Shown here: positions 35,815 to 38,730 of the stretch, one piece after another
Position numbering within the stretch: the stretch's first letter is position 1
Layout of the letters: every line of letters begins with the position of its first letter
Source of the DNA: Convolutriloba macropyga
Taxonomy: Eukaryota
Reading direction: 5' to 3'
NCBI RefSeq assembly: GCF_964194025.1
Contig: NC_134473.1
Location: 29,227,271 to 29,266,000 of the forward strand
Length of the DNA stretch: 38,730 bases
Program-made: the position numbers and the translations under genes
Notes under the pieces: model-generated
Seen by the model: the letters and a program-made list of their open reading frames with translations, nothing else
What the model was told of the DNA's origin: nothing
The model's database searches: none

Positions 35815-36520
35815 TCAACAATAAAGATAAAACAAAATATCAAAAATTTAAGAAAAACAGCGCTCCATTATAATCCGAAGTCTTTGGATTGTAGAGCTCC
35901 ACTGTCAGACCTTGAACATTATTGATGCTATACCAACACAAAAAATGTGATACATTAGCGAAAAAAGTTATCTATCAACCGATAGAATTGTATGGTATCA
36001 CTATTACTTTAGAAAGCGATATACAACAGTTAATAATTAGAATCAGTCATAAGACTACAAAAGAAGAACAAAATCTATCAAAACTTAAAAATTCATCAAA
36101 ATAAGTACAAAAACTATTTGTTTGAGTCATGAAAGCCTTGAGTTTTACTAAGAACAGGTATATTTTTTTGGCCCGCATTTGAAATTGAATAGAACCTATC
36201 AATTATTGGTGCGACCCACTTTAGTGGGGAGGGGGGAACCATACATTCAACTGGGTTTTCTTTTGTTCTGTCAATTTTCGCCGATCGATATTTTCATCGT
36301 AGAGGATTATGAGTGGTATCATCAGAAAACCTCTCAAACGAGGATTTTCAAATTTAAAAGTTTTCTTTGATTTTTTTTGCCGAGGCGTTACGGAGGTTCC
36401 AATTTTGTGAATGTTGAGTCTGATCTATTTGTGGATTTTATAGTCCAAATGTTTATGGATTATAATGGGATGCTGCATTCTTTTTCAACATTATTGTGCT
36501 TTTTTTGTTTTTTTGTTAGT
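35815..36520. mobile_element. Old TIR-bounded MITE-like element
   Basis: CAGCGCTCCATTATAATCCGAAGTCTTTGGATTGT (about 35858) is inverted relative to ATAGTCCAAATGTTTATGGATTATAATGGGATGCTG (about 36440). The interior recurs at about 38110-38600. Confidence 0.5.
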
Positions 36521-37485
36521 TACGGATCATAATGATATCAAATCAAACGTCAAATATTGACCTAACCAGCTTACGCGTAAAAAGAGGTTCTTAAATATAA
36601 ATAAACTTCTGCGCTTAAAGCATAGAGTTTTCTGGGTTCAACACTTTCTCTTATAAAATGTTCATGCGGTTGCCTCTTGACTTAGTCCCACCAATGGGAT
36701 GTACAATTGGCCTCGTAAACAATAAAACAAACTAAACAATTTTTTATCGGTTTTAATTTGAACGCTTACGGTTGTTCTGCCGTACGCCCGTAAAAAATTT
36801 TTTGTGTAGCAAAAACATCCAATTTTGTGGAACAACTAGGTTTATAACAGCCGCTTAGCGATAGCAAGGCCGACCAGTTTTGTTCTCTCGTTAATTATTG
36901 CAATGAAAAAAAAACTTTGATTGTATTTTGGGAGTTTCTGTTTTAATTTTTTTCCCTTTAAAGTTTTTTTAAAGTTTTTCCCCCTAAAGGCTCACTTAAT
37001 AAAAAAATCCCAGTTTTTTTTTTAAGAAAGTCCAATAAAATAATTCTATGTTTCATGGGAAAAGCTCATAACTCTTCTGGCTCCAACAATTTCTTAGTGT
37101 TTTTTTACTTAAATCTGCAGTTATATCAGCAATTGATGATCTCTTTGAGCTCTTATGACTGAGTCTAAATTATCAAAAGTCTAAATATGTATCTTTCAAG
37201 CTTGTTAGTTACGGATCATAATGATATCAAATCAAACGTCAAATATTTACCTAGTCAGCTTACTTGTAAAAAGAGCTTCTTAAACATAAACAAACTTCTT
37301 CGCTTAAAGCATAGAGTTTTTTGGGCTCAACACTTTTTCTTATAAAATGTTCATGCGGTTGCCTCTTGACTTAGTCCCACCAATGAGATGTACAATTGGC
37401 CTCGTAAGCAGTAAAATTAAACTATTTATCGGTTTTAATTTGAACGCTTACGGTTGTTCTGCCGTACGCACGTAAAAAAATTTTT
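36514..37485. repeat. Near-identical about 285-bp direct duplication (36514-36800 and 37203-37485)
   Basis: TGTTAGTTACGGATCATAATGATATCAAATCAAACGTCAAATATT through GGTTGTTCTGCCGTACGC occurs twice. Confidence 0.92.
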
Positions 37486-38109
37486 TTCAAAAACTAATAG
37501 TAAATTGAGGTTTGCAAATTTACGTCATACTTTGCAGCTTTTTAGCGTTGTCTCGACAAAATTAGAAGTCTCATTTTATTAAGTTTAATCATTATGTAGT
37601 TTTCACTACCTTTGTTTAAAAAAAAACTGTTTTATGGCGTTTATACTACTATTCTTCTGAAATATTCTGTTCATTTTTTGTCAATTTCCAACATTTGACG
37701 TTCTCTTATCTCTCCTAGCAAAGTGGTATATTGATTTATCGGCACTGAAAAGAAACGCAATTGGTTGTATTCAATTTTTTTGCTTTTTCTGACTTTGTGG
37801 ATATATTTTGATCCTATATGCTTCGAAACCGTTTCCTTGCAAAATTGAAACAACTTTTTGATTTTTGGCTGTATTTGCAGCCTTTGTAGTTGTATGACCT
37901 TCTGAATAATGAAGAGTCTCAACAGTTTTGTCTAAAGGTTTTTTTTTACAAAACCAATGAATGATTTCAGTTGATAGCTAATTGCTTAATTGTTTCTTGA
38001 CTTTTAATTCAGTTGTTTACAAAAAGTCTAAACACATTTTCTAAATTTGCACTTTCTGTTTTCTGTTTATTTGTTAATTAATCTCAATAAAGAGAGCTCC
38101 CATGTCTTT

Positions 38110-38600
38110 TGTGGTATTAGCAAAAAAATTGTTAGTTATCAGCTGATAGAATTGTATATCTTCAATGATACTTTAAATGGAGATATAAAACATTTAATAA
38201 TTTGAATCAGTCATAAGACTGCCAGAGAAAGAACAAACTTGATCAAATCTCAAGGTTTCATCAAAATATGTACAAAAACAATTTTCTTGAGCCGTTGGAG
38301 ACTTGAGTTTTAATAAAGACAGTTAGAATTTATTGGCCCTCATTTGAACTTAAATGAGACCTAAAATTTATTGGAGCGACCCACTTTAGTTGGGGTAGGA
38401 ACTATATACTCAACTGGGCTTTTTTCGTTCAGTCAAGTTTCACCAATTGATATATTCGTCATAGAAGAATGTGAGAGGTATCATCAGAAAACTTGTCAAG
38501 CGATTTTCAAATTAAAAAGATTTCTTTGCTTTTTGCTTGTTCCTAGGAATTACAGAGGTTCAAAATTTGTGAATGTTAGGCTCATTTCCGTTGTTTTCAC
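38110..38600. repeat. Diverged direct copy of 35945-36440
   Basis: Shared GATAGAATTGTAT, GAATCAGTCATAAGACT, GCGACCCACTTTAGT, GGTATCATCAGAAAAC. Confidence 0.88.
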
Positions 38601-38730
38601 ACTTTTGTCGTACTATTTACAAAAATCTTGAATAATTTTGCTAAAATTTGATAAAAATTTTTTAGAATAGTATCTTTAGTTTTATTTTCAAAGAGAGAAG
38701 AGAGTTCATGGAGAGTTTTAACCAATTGTT

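Noticed and set aside
37671-37922. 83-aa K/Q/I-rich minus-strand ORF as an upstream methyltransferase exon
   Set aside because: No similarity to NNMT-family motifs or to the pseudo-exons.

Overview
AT-rich, repeat-dense eukaryotic (probably invertebrate metazoan) genomic DNA with four N-gaps; the organism cannot be fixed from the sequence. Host coding sequence is limited to an NNMT/PNMT/TEMT-family SAM methyltransferase locus. It has an intact spliced terminal exon on the minus strand (33961-34213, rest of the gene not found in the window) and two decayed, tandemly duplicated plus-strand copies of an upstream exon (about 18101-18690 and 19882-20333). The rest is mobile DNA and local duplication. 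(1) A young, open RTE-like LINE 3' half (84-about 1480, minus) whose RT carries an about 190-aa insertion with a KOW-like motif and two C-x2-C-x12-H-x4-C zinc fingers. (2) Three decayed CR1/L2-like LINEs, one with its RT triplicated and one nearly full length. (3) A BEL/Pao integrase C-terminal relic between two about 1.6-kb inverted arms. (4) Three non-autonomous DNA transposons sharing CCCGGGT[C/T]GAG termini and 2-bp target-site duplications but with unrelated interiors (CACTA/EnSpm-like). (5) A long fold-back hairpin and several mini- and microsatellites. All homology calls come from motif recognition by eye, not from database searches, and most boundaries are approximate.
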